Shown here: positions 38,301 through 49,230 of the stretch, piece by piece
How positions within the stretch are numbered: the first letter of the stretch is position 1
How the letters are laid out: each line of letters opens with the position of its first letter
Assembly (NCBI GenBank): GCA_965645245.1
Contig: OZ287083.1
Location: forward strand, 868,001-932,000
Reading direction: 5' to 3'
Length of the DNA stretch: 64,000 bases
From: Massalongia carnosa
Taxonomy: Eukaryota
Program-made: the position numbers and the translations under genes
The notes under the pieces: model-generated
Database searches by the model: none
Told to the model about the DNA's origin: nothing
What the model saw: only the letters and a program-made list of their open reading frames with translations

Positions 38301-40334
38301 CTCACGAAATTCTCGTGTTGACTGATCACAATAACCTTACGAGGTTTATGGATACCAAGCGCCTAAGCGGCAGGCAAATAAGGTGGGGTCAAGAGCTTTC
38401 CAGGTATAATTTCCGCATCGATTATCGTCAGGGTAAGAGGAACCCAGCCGATAGGCTGTCAAGACCTCCTACCGCTGGCGATGACGATGGCGAAGTGCTG
38501 GTTGAAAACCGCAAAACGCTCCACCTTTTGCAGACATCCCTAGCAGATAAGAACGCACGCGTTTGTCTAATGAGGGCAATGTCAGGGGAGTCGTTAGATA
38601 ATGCTTCTGGCCCGACGGGGTCTCACCACGGTGAAATATGGAAGATCATAACATGCGGAAGATTGGTTGTTCCGAAGGTGAAGGCATACTGAAGTTTATT
38701 GCGAAACTCTCTCGCACAGCGCGAGTCACCTTATACTCAACCCGCTTCTAGTTGAGTATTAGAGCGTCTTCCTGAGTTGCAACAGGTTGACGAGGTCGCT
38801 ATCACTGTTCGGAAAAGGTTAGCTACCTTGAAAGACAGTGACGTGTCGGGGACACAGGAGGTGGCGCCCTCCAGCGAGCCATGGTCGGACTCGGACCACT
38901 GTCTATTCCATGAAGGAAAGACCTACATCCCAGCCTCCTTACGAGGAGAAATTCTTGAGTTAAATCATGATGATCCGCTGGCAGGGCACTTCGGGAAAGA
39001 CAAGACGATTGAGCTAGTGCGTAGAAAGTACTACTGGCCATCGATGAAGTCAGACATAGCACGCTATGTAGAAGGTTGCGACGTCTGCATGAGTAGCAAA
39101 GCTACGAGGCATAAGCCTTGTGGAAACTTGCAGTCGTTGCCTATACCAACTCATAAGTGGAAGGACATTACGATAGACTTCGTCACTAGCTTACCTAAGA
39201 ATAAGGACTGGAGGGGAGTTGATTATGACTCTATCCTAGTCGTCGTTGATAGGCTCACCAATATGGTGCACTATGAGGCAGTGAAGAAAACGCTGACTGC
39301 TGAACAGTTAGCTGAAGAGTTATGGTACTGCGTGTTCAAGTATCACGGCCTACCTGACTCCATAGTCACCGATCGGGGCTCGCTATTTACATCAAACTTC
39401 TGGTCATCCCTATGCTATTACATGAAGATAAAGCGTAGGCTAAGCACAGCCTTCCATCCACAAACAGACGGTCAGACAGAACTTCAAAATAGTACCATAG
39501 AAGCTTACCTTAGGTCTTACTGCCGTTTCGAGCAAGATGACTGGGTGCAACGGCTCCCTACCGCTGAATTTGCATACAATAACACCCGTCATTCAAGCAC
39601 CAAGCTCACCCCGTTCGAGGCTAATATAGGCTACCACCCAAGGATGAGTTATGAGATAACCAAGACCCTCGATCGAAGTCGAAGACAGCTGAGGAACAGG
39701 CTAAAAATCTACGCGATTTGTTATCAGAGTTGAAAAATAACCTGCAATTAGCCCAAGACAATCAAGCCAATTATCACAATAGAACGGTGAAAGAACGTTT
39801 ATACGCTCCCGATGAAATGTTTTGGCTAAACAGCAAAAATATTAAGTCGAAAAGGAACAAGAAGCTTGAGCATAAGTTCTTGGGTCCCTTTAAGGTGTTG
39901 AGGCCTGTAGGCACTCAAGCTTACGAGCTAGAACTTCCGAAAAGTTGGAAAATACACCCATTCTTTCATGTATCTCTGCTGGAAAGAGACACCACCAGAA
40001 GGGAGGTAGTAGACGAACAAATAGCTGAACAGCTTAAATTCTAAGACGATGACATGCAAGAGTATGCAGTAGAGTGCATACGAGATAGTGCAGTCAATGC
40101 AAAAGAAGCAGAAGACGGACGACCGGCTGGATTATATTATCTAGTGCATTGGAAAGATTATCCCGACGCGGAAGACACATGGGAGCCCGTCGCCGGCGTC
40201 AAACATCTACGAAAGCTATTGAGGGAATTTCATTAGAAAAATCCTTCCAAGCCAACAGCAAAGTCTACCCCTCAGGCCACTAGGACTCCCTCATTAGCGA
40301 AAGAAACAAGACGACGCACAAAGAGGACTAAATA
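35307..40334 (+). pseudogene. Gypsy-2 gag-pol remnant
   Basis: Gag with knuckle YYNCGSLEHWVKDC, protease LIDSGS, RT LCVDYRGLN/YLDD, RNase H, integrase TDRGS and chromodomain EYAVECI..YLVHWKDYP. Many stops. Confidence 0.93.
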
Positions 40335-40712
40335 AGGCCTGCACTCTTTTCCTACCACCTGCCCACGAAAAAAGGTTGGAGATATTTAATGAGGCTGCGC
40401 TAGGAGCTCAGCAATGTGTTGCAGTAACGTCATGCTCGATTCCATCCAGGCCAGTAGCTCTTTTCCTAGCATCTTCCCTAGAAGGGAGGTGGGAGGTTTT
40501 TAATGAGGCTGAGCCAGAGAATCAAGTTATGTTATCCTAAAATCTTCCAAGCTCTTACAAATCCCAACTCTTGCTAGCCTGCATTCAAGCGGCCATCGAC
40601 GATAAAGCTATCGGCACGAATAACCGCTTGCAATTACCACGCGATGATAGGCTGAACGCACGAACTACCTGGGATGAATTTCGCAGGAGCTCATTACTAG
40701 AAGGGAGGTAAT

Positions 40713-41426
40713 TGTAATAGCGCGGCAATACAGGACTGCGCTAGCTCCTGAGATGATTCACCCAAGAAGACCGGGTGACTGATAATCCGGATGCTTAGTC
40801 ATGATAAGGCGGATAGCAATACTAAGCCATCAGCAATCAGCCTTACTAGTTTGTTAGGCAGCAACTGAAGCTATTCAGATAAGCCCCGATCTCATGGGAG
40901 GCCCGGGTCGCCTAGAAGACCTCAGCTGAAGGCAACAAGGCTATCTGCTAGACCTCAGCTGAAGGCAACAAGGTTATCTGCTAGACCTCAGCTGAAGGCA
41001 GCAAGGCTATCTACTAGACCTCAGCTGAAGGCAACAAGGCAGACAGGTAACCAGACAAGAAGTTAGTAAATAGAACCCTAAGGGGTATATAGAAAGCTCG
41101 ATTCCTATCTTCAGGGAATCAGCTTTTAGCTTTAGGACCTACCAATCTATTAGCAGTCACACTGAGCATTATGTAAGAACCACTATCCAGGGAAGACGAA
41201 TAGTAGTCAGCTACCTAAGAGACTAAGCATGAAGAAGAGAAATCTATCTACAAAGAAGAATGTGAAATCTATATGCCCGTTTGCCCTTCTTCTCGAAGTT
41301 TCCATCTGGCTCTAGAAGCTTATCTCCGAAGCTTCGGTCGGAAAGAGCCGTTGGATTTAGCGCTCCCACACCCGAGTCCTGACACATTATAACCCATAAG
41401 GATTAGTGTCTAATGTCCCTCTTATA
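40713..41426 (+). repeat. 3' LTR of Gypsy-2, interrupted by a solo LTR
   Basis: 714 bp = 496 bp LTR + 213 bp insert + 5 bp TSD. Confidence 0.93.
41172..41384. mobile_element. 213-bp solo LTR of another family
   Basis: tgtaaga...cctgaca termini and TSD catta (41167-41171, 41385-41389). Absent from the 5' LTR. Confidence 0.88.
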
Positions 41427-41746
41427 TTGATTTATTTGTAATATAGAAACATATCCTAAAATAGTTTAGTGTCATAACCTTAGGTTGAATACACTTAATA
41501 AATAAATTAAAAAATATTCTTATTAATCTGAAACAGGACCTTTGGTATGATCCTATTACAGACGTTTTTCCCCTTCTTTCCAGTGATCTGTTGACCGGCC
41601 TTTCAACGAAGATCGATAAAGCCAAAAATGGAATGTGCAAAAATTATACGTGAAATATGCTGTGAAAATTTGAGCTTGCGAAAGTTCCCGTAACCTTAAA
41701 TTAGGAATAAACTTTAGAAAACTTTGACGTCGCGACGGCTGTTGTA

Positions 41747-42959
41747 CAGTCGGATACCAGAAGTCACCGACCGTGCCCCGCACCCCATCAAATTAACCCG
41801 ATTAGGATTTATTTGACGCTTTATAGTCAAATAAATAGGGATATAAAAGAAAGAGTCATTTGACTAGTAAACAGGTGTAAATTCTGTTCTGACTAGTACA
41901 GTCGGATACCAGAAGTCACCGACCGTGCCCCGCACTCCATCAAATTTCACCTCCTTACCCTAATTTTCAACCCCTAACATAAATTCAATAGTTGATGGAA
42001 TGGTCTCAAATTTTCAATTTTAATGAAATTTTTAATGAAAAATCAGATGAAATAATCAGTATTTAATTGCCTCCCCCTGAGCCTTAATTACCATGTGACA
42101 ACGTTTAGGCATACTCGCTATGCACTTCTAAAAGTCCCTCGCAGTCAACTTGTCCCATTCGTTCACCAATGCCTCCGTCATGGCCTCAACTGAATGAATT
42201 TGATGACGACGGGCACTGAATCGTATTTTGATGATACGCCACAGATTCTCAATGGGGTTGAGGTCTGGTGATTGAGCCGGCCATTTTATGCGTAAAAGCC
42301 CTACCTCTCGTCCAAAATCAAGCACCTTCTTTGAAGTATGATAAGCGGCCCCATCATCAATCCAAATCATCAGACCTCTCTTTGCCACGCATCTTTCATA
42401 AAAGGGCACTCCCAGCGGCTTTAGCACCTCCTCAATGTAGATTTCAGAGTTCATTTGTCTTCCTCTCGTCAAAAGGAGCATCGGTCCCTTGATAATCAGA
42501 GTTATAGCTGCCCAAATGCCTATAGTGCTTCTTCCACTTTTGAATGTAGGCTTTAAGTATCGAGCCTCAAATGCATTTCCTTTTCGGCGTGTAACATAGA
42601 AACTTTGAGAGTCTAAACCCGTTTCAAACGTAGCTTCATCTGTCCATATAACACGTAGCCAATCATTCAATGTCTATTCCTTGTGCTCTCGAGCCCAGGC
42701 CAGCCTAGTCTTCTTGTAACGTTCATTTAGAAAGGGCTTCCTTTGAGCCTTAAAGCGTAAATAACCGGCCGCCTTCAGATACCTTCGTACGGTGGAGCGA
42801 GAGGTCTTCTCTCCCGTTTTAGAAGGGGTGGCCAAAGAAAGTAGATTTTCGTGAGGAAACCTCTCCACATGGCGGATTAATTGACGTCTTGCACGGGCAT
42901 CAAGCTTGGGGGGACGACCGAATCGTTTTTTTCTCAATGGGATTTTTTCTGAAGACCTG
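41747..42959 (-). mobile_element. Tc1-like DD34E transposon copy 2, 5' end missing, with a templated patch at its terminus
   Basis: ORFs 42128-42670 and 42674-42937 are homologous to copy 1. The TIR occurs twice (41747 and 41899). Cut at 42960 by a LINE tail. Confidence 0.92.
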
Positions 42960-43350
42960 TTTTTTATTATTTATTTATTCATTAAGTGTATTCAGCCTAA
43001 CGTTATGACACTAAAATATTTTAGGATATGTTTCTATAATACAAATAAATCAACCCTTTATAACCTATCTATGTATCGTCAATTTTCCCCCGTTTTTACT
43101 CCGTGTTAGTAACAACCTATAGTAATCGAGAAATTATCGATTTTACAATTTGTCTTAGTAAGTTCGTAAATGTTTCAACATAAATCATTTATGATTTTAC
43201 GGTTCGATCTCTCCTCAGCCTCCCGTTTCAACAATTTCGTCATCAAGCTAACCTAGTATCCATTTCCTAGTCGCGATTTTATTATTGACAATGAATTTAA
43301 TCAAAATGTCATTTCCAATTTTTGTATTAAACAACATATTCAATTTGATA

Positions 43351-44364
43351 CACCCGTTTGCAAAATGGTGTGCCGAACTTTGAACCCCGAAACTGCGCGG
43401 TAAAAAAAAAAAAAATAAGCGACAGAATTGGACCACACACCAGAATTTGGTGCAGTAATTAATAGCCTTCCTCCCCTTCACACTGCCCTTTGCAGTCTAT
43501 AGGATAGTACGGTTAATGATATCCTTTTGATTGTCGTTTATATGAACTTTCAACGTAGTTATTCCAGCCATCATGCCTCGAAAACAGCCTCCTAAACAGC
43601 CTTCAAAACAGCCCCCCAAACAGCCCTCCAAACAATCATGAAAACGGGCATCTACTACTGAACTACCTAGGAACTCAGCACCTTCATTTAAACAAATGCT
43701 TAGGATCAATCCTCCTAGATCATCATCACCAGTTTTAAATGCCCGTATTCTTGATCTTTCATCACGTCTACCTTTACCAAGCAAAGATTGGTTGCGTTGT
43801 TGTGCTATACGAATGGCCATCTTTCGATTCCAGGCCATCTGCTTAAGAGTTCGAGAAACCGTAGACTCACTCACCAAGACATCGAATTCATCATATAAAA
43901 ACCAGCACATCTCGTCCAAATAAGAGGTATGTCTCTGATCCAGATACACGAGTAATTGATCGATTTGTTGTTGATTCATTTTCTTGCGCTGGCCAGTAGC
44001 AAGCTGAGGTTTTGCAACCTAACTGAAATGTTCCCAATTATGTCTCATCTTACGTAGTTGTCTGCTGCTGACACCAGTAGCATCTTCACCCGATTCCAGT
44101 CTGAACTTTATAGCCTGGCGTTTGATGATGCTGAATGATCGTCCCATGTTTGCTTTTGAAACTACGAGGTAGCAAGAATAAAGATCTACATGAGAACACT
44201 ACATATCATTTATCCTACAGACTGCAAAAGTTGGTGTGAAAGGGAGGAGGGCCATTAGCTACTGCACCAAATTCTGACGTGTGGTCCAATTCTGTCGCAT
44301 ATTTATTTTTTTTACCGCGCAGTTTCGGGGTTCAAAGTTCGGCACACCATTTTGCAAACGGGTG
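43351..44364 (-). mobile_element. Internally deleted long-TIR Tc1/mariner-like element (1014 bp)
   Basis: About 155-bp TIRs starting cacccgtttgcaaaatggtgtgcc and TA TSD. Keeps the HTH region YLDEMCWFLYDEFDVLVSESTVSRTL, but no DDE domain. Confidence 0.9.
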
Positions 44365-45269
44365 TAGTAGTATCGATATTTTGTTTCATGTTTTGAATTT
44401 CATCGAAATAGTGAAAGCAATTCAATAACAAGTGTTCTGGCGTTTGTCGTTGATTGCATCGATTTGTGCATTTTGACGAATTATAATCTTTCAATCGATG
44501 TAAATATGATCGAAAATAACCGTGTCCGAATTTTAATTGCATAATAGTGGCAAATATCAATTTGGAGTAGTTATTTGATAAATAATAAAAACTCGATATG
44601 TCAGGTTGCATTTCGAATTTCTCATAGTATTTGCCTTTCGATTTGCATTGTTGCCATTGATTCGTCCATGTAGTAAGCATATTTTGATTTATTTGATCTT
44701 TAACATAGTCAAATGATATCGCCGAGGACTCGACTAGGATTCCTTTATTTCCCGTCTTTGCTGTTTTGTCTGCAATTTCGTTTTCGGTAATTTTCGAATG
44801 ACTCAGAATCCATTGCAAAATCACCTGATAATTGCTTTCAAATAAGCGTTTTGCGAGCTTTCGAATTTGTCTTGCAAAAATATGATTTGTCAAGTTCTGA
44901 ATTTCGTTTATCGCCTTTATGCTATCAGAAAAAATCTATTTCGTTTTTTCTAAGTTCGATAAAATATTAGTATCGACAATTTATAGACCCATTTCATTGC
45001 TTGTAAAATGGCATGCAGTTCAGCATTTTTAATGCTTGACTGTTTGCTTAATTTCCAGCTTTTCGAAATCGTATGATACTTGATCAGACAATCCTTTTCG
45101 ATAAATCGATCAAAATTATCAATAATATTATTCTAATTCCGCAAAATTGGTGCAAATGTGACTGCAAACGTTGCAAATTCGATTCTTGATCCATCCGTAT
45201 AAAGTAAAACTCGGGATTTATCGGACTTCATTGATTGAATTTTTGATAAGGTCGAATAATAACTTGATT

Positions 45270-45638
45270 GATTGATTGATTTATTCTTATTCCGATATGA
45301 CACCGGCCGAAGGCCGGCCCATGCGGGCTGTCTATGTTTATCATACAAGGAAAACCCTTCTTGGGAATAAAAACCCCGTAGACTACTCACTACCTCCGGA
45401 GCCTCGCTGGCAACAGGCTGCTCTCTGTGATCGTTTTTCTTTAGAATCCTTGACGAAAATGAGAAGTTATATCTCGTATAACATTTGCGATGCTAGTGAG
45501 AACTGTGTTAACAAGTTTGCTTTTATTATCCATGCAGTTAGCTTTTTCAGCAATTTCGACGAACGCGTAATCGTCCGGTAGTCGTGGGTGCCCAATTGTC
45601 TGAGCAGCTCATATCTGCCTTCGATTAGTCTGCAGTGT
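45270..45638 (-). mobile_element. 369-bp 3' fragment of an unrelated LINE with (AATC)n tail
   Basis: TSD gaataataacttgatt (45254-45269, 45639-45654). Encodes an ORF2-like C-terminus HC...TAWIIKANLLTQFSLA, then AATAAA and aatc repeats. Confidence 0.82.
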
Positions 45639-46701
45639 GAATAATAACTTGATTTTACAGATTCTTTTGTATTTTCGATTTGAAATTCGATTTTACATGA
45701 CGATTTCCAAGGTTTAATGAAATGATTTAATGGTTCAAATTCATCAGTTTTGTAAACTATGTCAGAAACGGAATGAAGAACGCAAATAAGCTGACTAGGG
45801 TGTCGTTTATTTGTCTGTTTTTCATCTTCGTTCCATTCGGCATATTTGTTGTTCCATAAGCTAGTGTCAAAACCGATGTTTTCATATTTTATCGAATATG
45901 TGTTTGGAATTCTTTGACAAATGGGATTATTTTCGGCAATCTTCAATAATCGAAGTTTGACTGGTAAAACATGTGATTCAATTTCCATCCACTGAACAGG
46001 TGTGGTTTTGAAAGTTCCTAAAATTTTCCGAATCATTCAATTTTGCAAATTCTGAAATAGTTTTTCATATTTCTTTTGACCATTATACCGAAATTCTGAA
46101 CCGTAGTCCGAAAATAGGAACAATGCATGACAAATAGAGCTGTCTGCATGCGGTCGGTTTCAGACCCCATTCGGATTTCATCAAATTCTGAATTGCAAAA
46201 AATGATCGATTCGCAGAAGAGATTCGCGTTTCGACGTGTTTTTTGAAATTTAGTTTTCGGTCTAGCCAGACGCCCAACCATTTGACTACATTTTTCGGTT
46301 CTAGTATTGTCCCGTTTGGTAATTCCAATGGGTCTTCCGATACATTTCTTGTCTTTTCGAAGTGAATCAGCTCGGATTTATCGTCATCAAATTTGACATT
46401 ATTCGATGCGGCCCAATCAAAAGCTGTTTTGACTATGATTTCGATTTCTTTGCAATTTTGTTTTGCAGTTTTATTTTCGACATATATTGCAACATCGTCA
46501 ATAAAACTGGGAGAATGTGCATTAAATTTCATTCCTATTTTCGGAAACAAGTGACGAATGTAAATCAGAAATAGAATAAGCGAGATTGGTGAACCTTGTG
46601 GAATTCCTGATTCGATAAAATATGTTTTGCTTTTGTTTTCATCGAATATTAAATTGATCGATTGTTTTGTCATGAAATGCTTAACCTATTGAATTATTAT
46701 G

Positions 46702-47216
46702 TGTAAGAGTTAGACCTGGCGATTATCAGAGACCAGGCCTAGGGATATGTGACAATGTGAAGACACTAATGATTTGCTATACTATTATACTAAAAGAAGT
46801 ATGTAGGTAAAGCGGAAGACTAATCGTTGAAGATTGCATCTCCCTCGAGCAGCATCCTTATATACCCGGACCGAAGCCCTTGACGCTCTGGGCCCTTGAT
46901 ACTGTAACTATCTTGACCGCCCATTACTCCTACCGGATAAGCCGGCTAAACACTCTGCTGACTGCATCGTGGACACTGTGCTAACTGTATCGTAGACACT
47001 GTGCTGACTATATCGTGCACACTGTGCTGACTGTATCGTACCATCCGCTCACTAATCGTACGAGCATCCTTGTATATCTCGATCGCTCGTACTATACTCT
47101 CGGCAGTAGATACCAGCCGCGTAACGCAGACCAACAGTTTTCCATATGACTAAGCCTAGCCGTAGAACTAAGCCCCGCTTAGTTAGCTTAGCCCTTATTC
47201 CTTCTATGCCCTGACA
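46702..47216 (-). mobile_element. Solo LTR of the Gypsy-1 family (515 bp)
   Basis: Homologous to 12822-13359 but one 23-bp unit shorter. TSD ttatg (46697-46701, 47217-47221). Confidence 0.96.
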
Positions 47217-49230
47217 TTATGCGAGTTAATTTCAGCTTTTTCATGACATTTAGCAGTTGATTAATCGAGACAAAGTCAAATGCGCCTTTTACATCGAGTA
47301 ATAAACAGGATAAAACGTTTTTATTTCGATTCGCAATTTCGTTATCATGAACGAGGTTCATTACTGCGTCAATTGCAGAATGATTTTTGCGTCCGCCCAT
47401 CTGTTCGATATCTAGTAAATTCGAATTTTCGCCGAAGTAGGCTAGTCGATTTGCAACGATTTTCTCAGCAATTTTACCAAGACAATTTAGTAATGTGATA
47501 ATTCGATATGATTTTGGTAGCGAATAGTCTGATTTATAGGTTTTTTCAGAACTGCACCGAGTCCTGTCCGCCAGCATAACGGGTGATAACCGATTCGAAT
47601 GAATTTCGAATAAATCATGAAAAACCCGTTATTCAACGATTGAAACGATTTTTGAACAATTGTAAAATTGATTGCATCAGGTCCACATGCTTTCTTCGGA
47701 TTAAATAAATTAATCGCATTTTGCAGCTCGTTTTCTGTCAAATCCGGCCAATCATCATCATTTTCGCTGTCTTGATTTGGTAAATCTTCGAAATTATCGT
47801 CTATAAATGGGTTCTTATTGTACATTGCTGACACAAACGCATCGCATTTGTCATCAAACTGAACATTAAGCTTATTTTCATGTATAATCGGCGGTATTCT
47901 TTCGAATATGTGCGGTTTAGTATATTTATACGCGATAAACACGTCTTTATTTGCTGCATTTTCTAGAAAAGTCAACTAGGTTTGTTGTTTTGCTTTTCGA
48001 ATTGCATGAAAATACTCGATTCGACTATGTTTAAACGTCCGATGACTACGGATAATTCTTCCATTCTCGACGATGCCTGCACATGATTTTTCGAAGTTCG
48101 GTTAAATCTTGCGACCACCAATTTTTCGATTTTGTACATATTTTTGTTTTCGGAATAAACATTTCAGCCGCGTTTTTGATAATTTTTTGCAAATGTATCG
48201 CTGATTCGTCGAATTGATGATTATTCAATAAACTTTAAACTTTTGATTCGTAGTTGATTGAATTTTCGTCTAGAAACTTCGCGAATTTATTCCAATCGGC
48301 TTTATTGCAATTATATTTATTCGATAATGCGGTTGCATGTGACGTCAAATTCTTGAAAGATGCGATTAGTTCAAATCGGATGACTTCATAATCTGAACCT
48401 GTGACTGCGTTTTCACCGATTGCCCAGTTTGTAATTGCATTTTCGATTTTAGAATTTGCAAATGTTAAATCAATAACAGATAATGAACTTCCAGAATGTG
48501 CGTAGAATGAACATAAATCAGGTGTGTTTATCAAACTACATTTGTTTATTTTCAACCATTTGACTAAATTTTCTGATCGAATTACGAGTTGAATTTTTGA
48601 ATTCCACCAGTTATGATGTGCATTGAAATCTCCACAAATGACGAATTGATTAGTTGATGTAGGTTGATATTTGATTAAAAGTCGATCGATCGGGTATGTT
48701 TCTCGATCATTTTGACTTTTTTCGTTATAAATATTGAAAATCTGTACTTTTCGAACTTCATCAATTGTAATTTCAATAATTTGCATATCGGAATCGTCAA
48801 TAAGATCTATTCTAGGCGTGCATTACAGTTTGGGATTACATTTTGTGACAAATATAGCTACTCTCGAGCGATATGTCGCTATTTTCGGCATAATGCATGT
48901 AAATGACGGATGTGATATTTTTTTTTGATCTCGTGTCCATGGTTCCTGAAACAAAACAATATCAATTGGATTTGATAAAGTATATTCCAAACACGAAGTC
49001 ATTGCATTCGTTGACCTTCCACAGTTGTGTTGAATAAATTTGACATTGTGAGTATTCTCTATATTTGCCAACGAATGCTGTCCTGCCATTATAAGGCGGA
49101 TAATTCGTCAGCCGATTTTCGTGGATTTAATGCAGTAAATATTTCACAATGTTCATCATTTGATTGATGATTTTTAAGGCAGTTTGCATATATCACAACA
49201 ACGTGTGCACACGCAGTTTTCGATTTGCAT

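Larger units (their letters stand above)
34711..41426 (+). mobile_element. Degenerate chromodomain Ty3/Gypsy element (Gypsy-2)
   Basis: 496-bp LTRs (both TG..TA), TSD ttgat (34706-34710, 41427-41431), PPT agaagggagg before 40713. Confidence 0.95.
34106..41514 (+). mobile_element. 5'-truncated LINE subfamily B whose 3' UTR is split by Gypsy-2
   Basis: LINE parts 34106-34710 and 41432-41514. TSD tattctgattaatc / tattcttattaatc (34092-34105, 41515-41528). Confidence 0.92.
12576..41746 (-). mobile_element. Old LINE subfamily B host element split by nested insertions
   Basis: Segments 12576-12821, 19448-19828, 26588-29065, 32165-32521, 33851-34105 and 41529-41746 rejoin colinearly (RT, EN, ORF1, 5' UTR) once the TSD-bounded inserts are removed. 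Confidence 0.88.
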
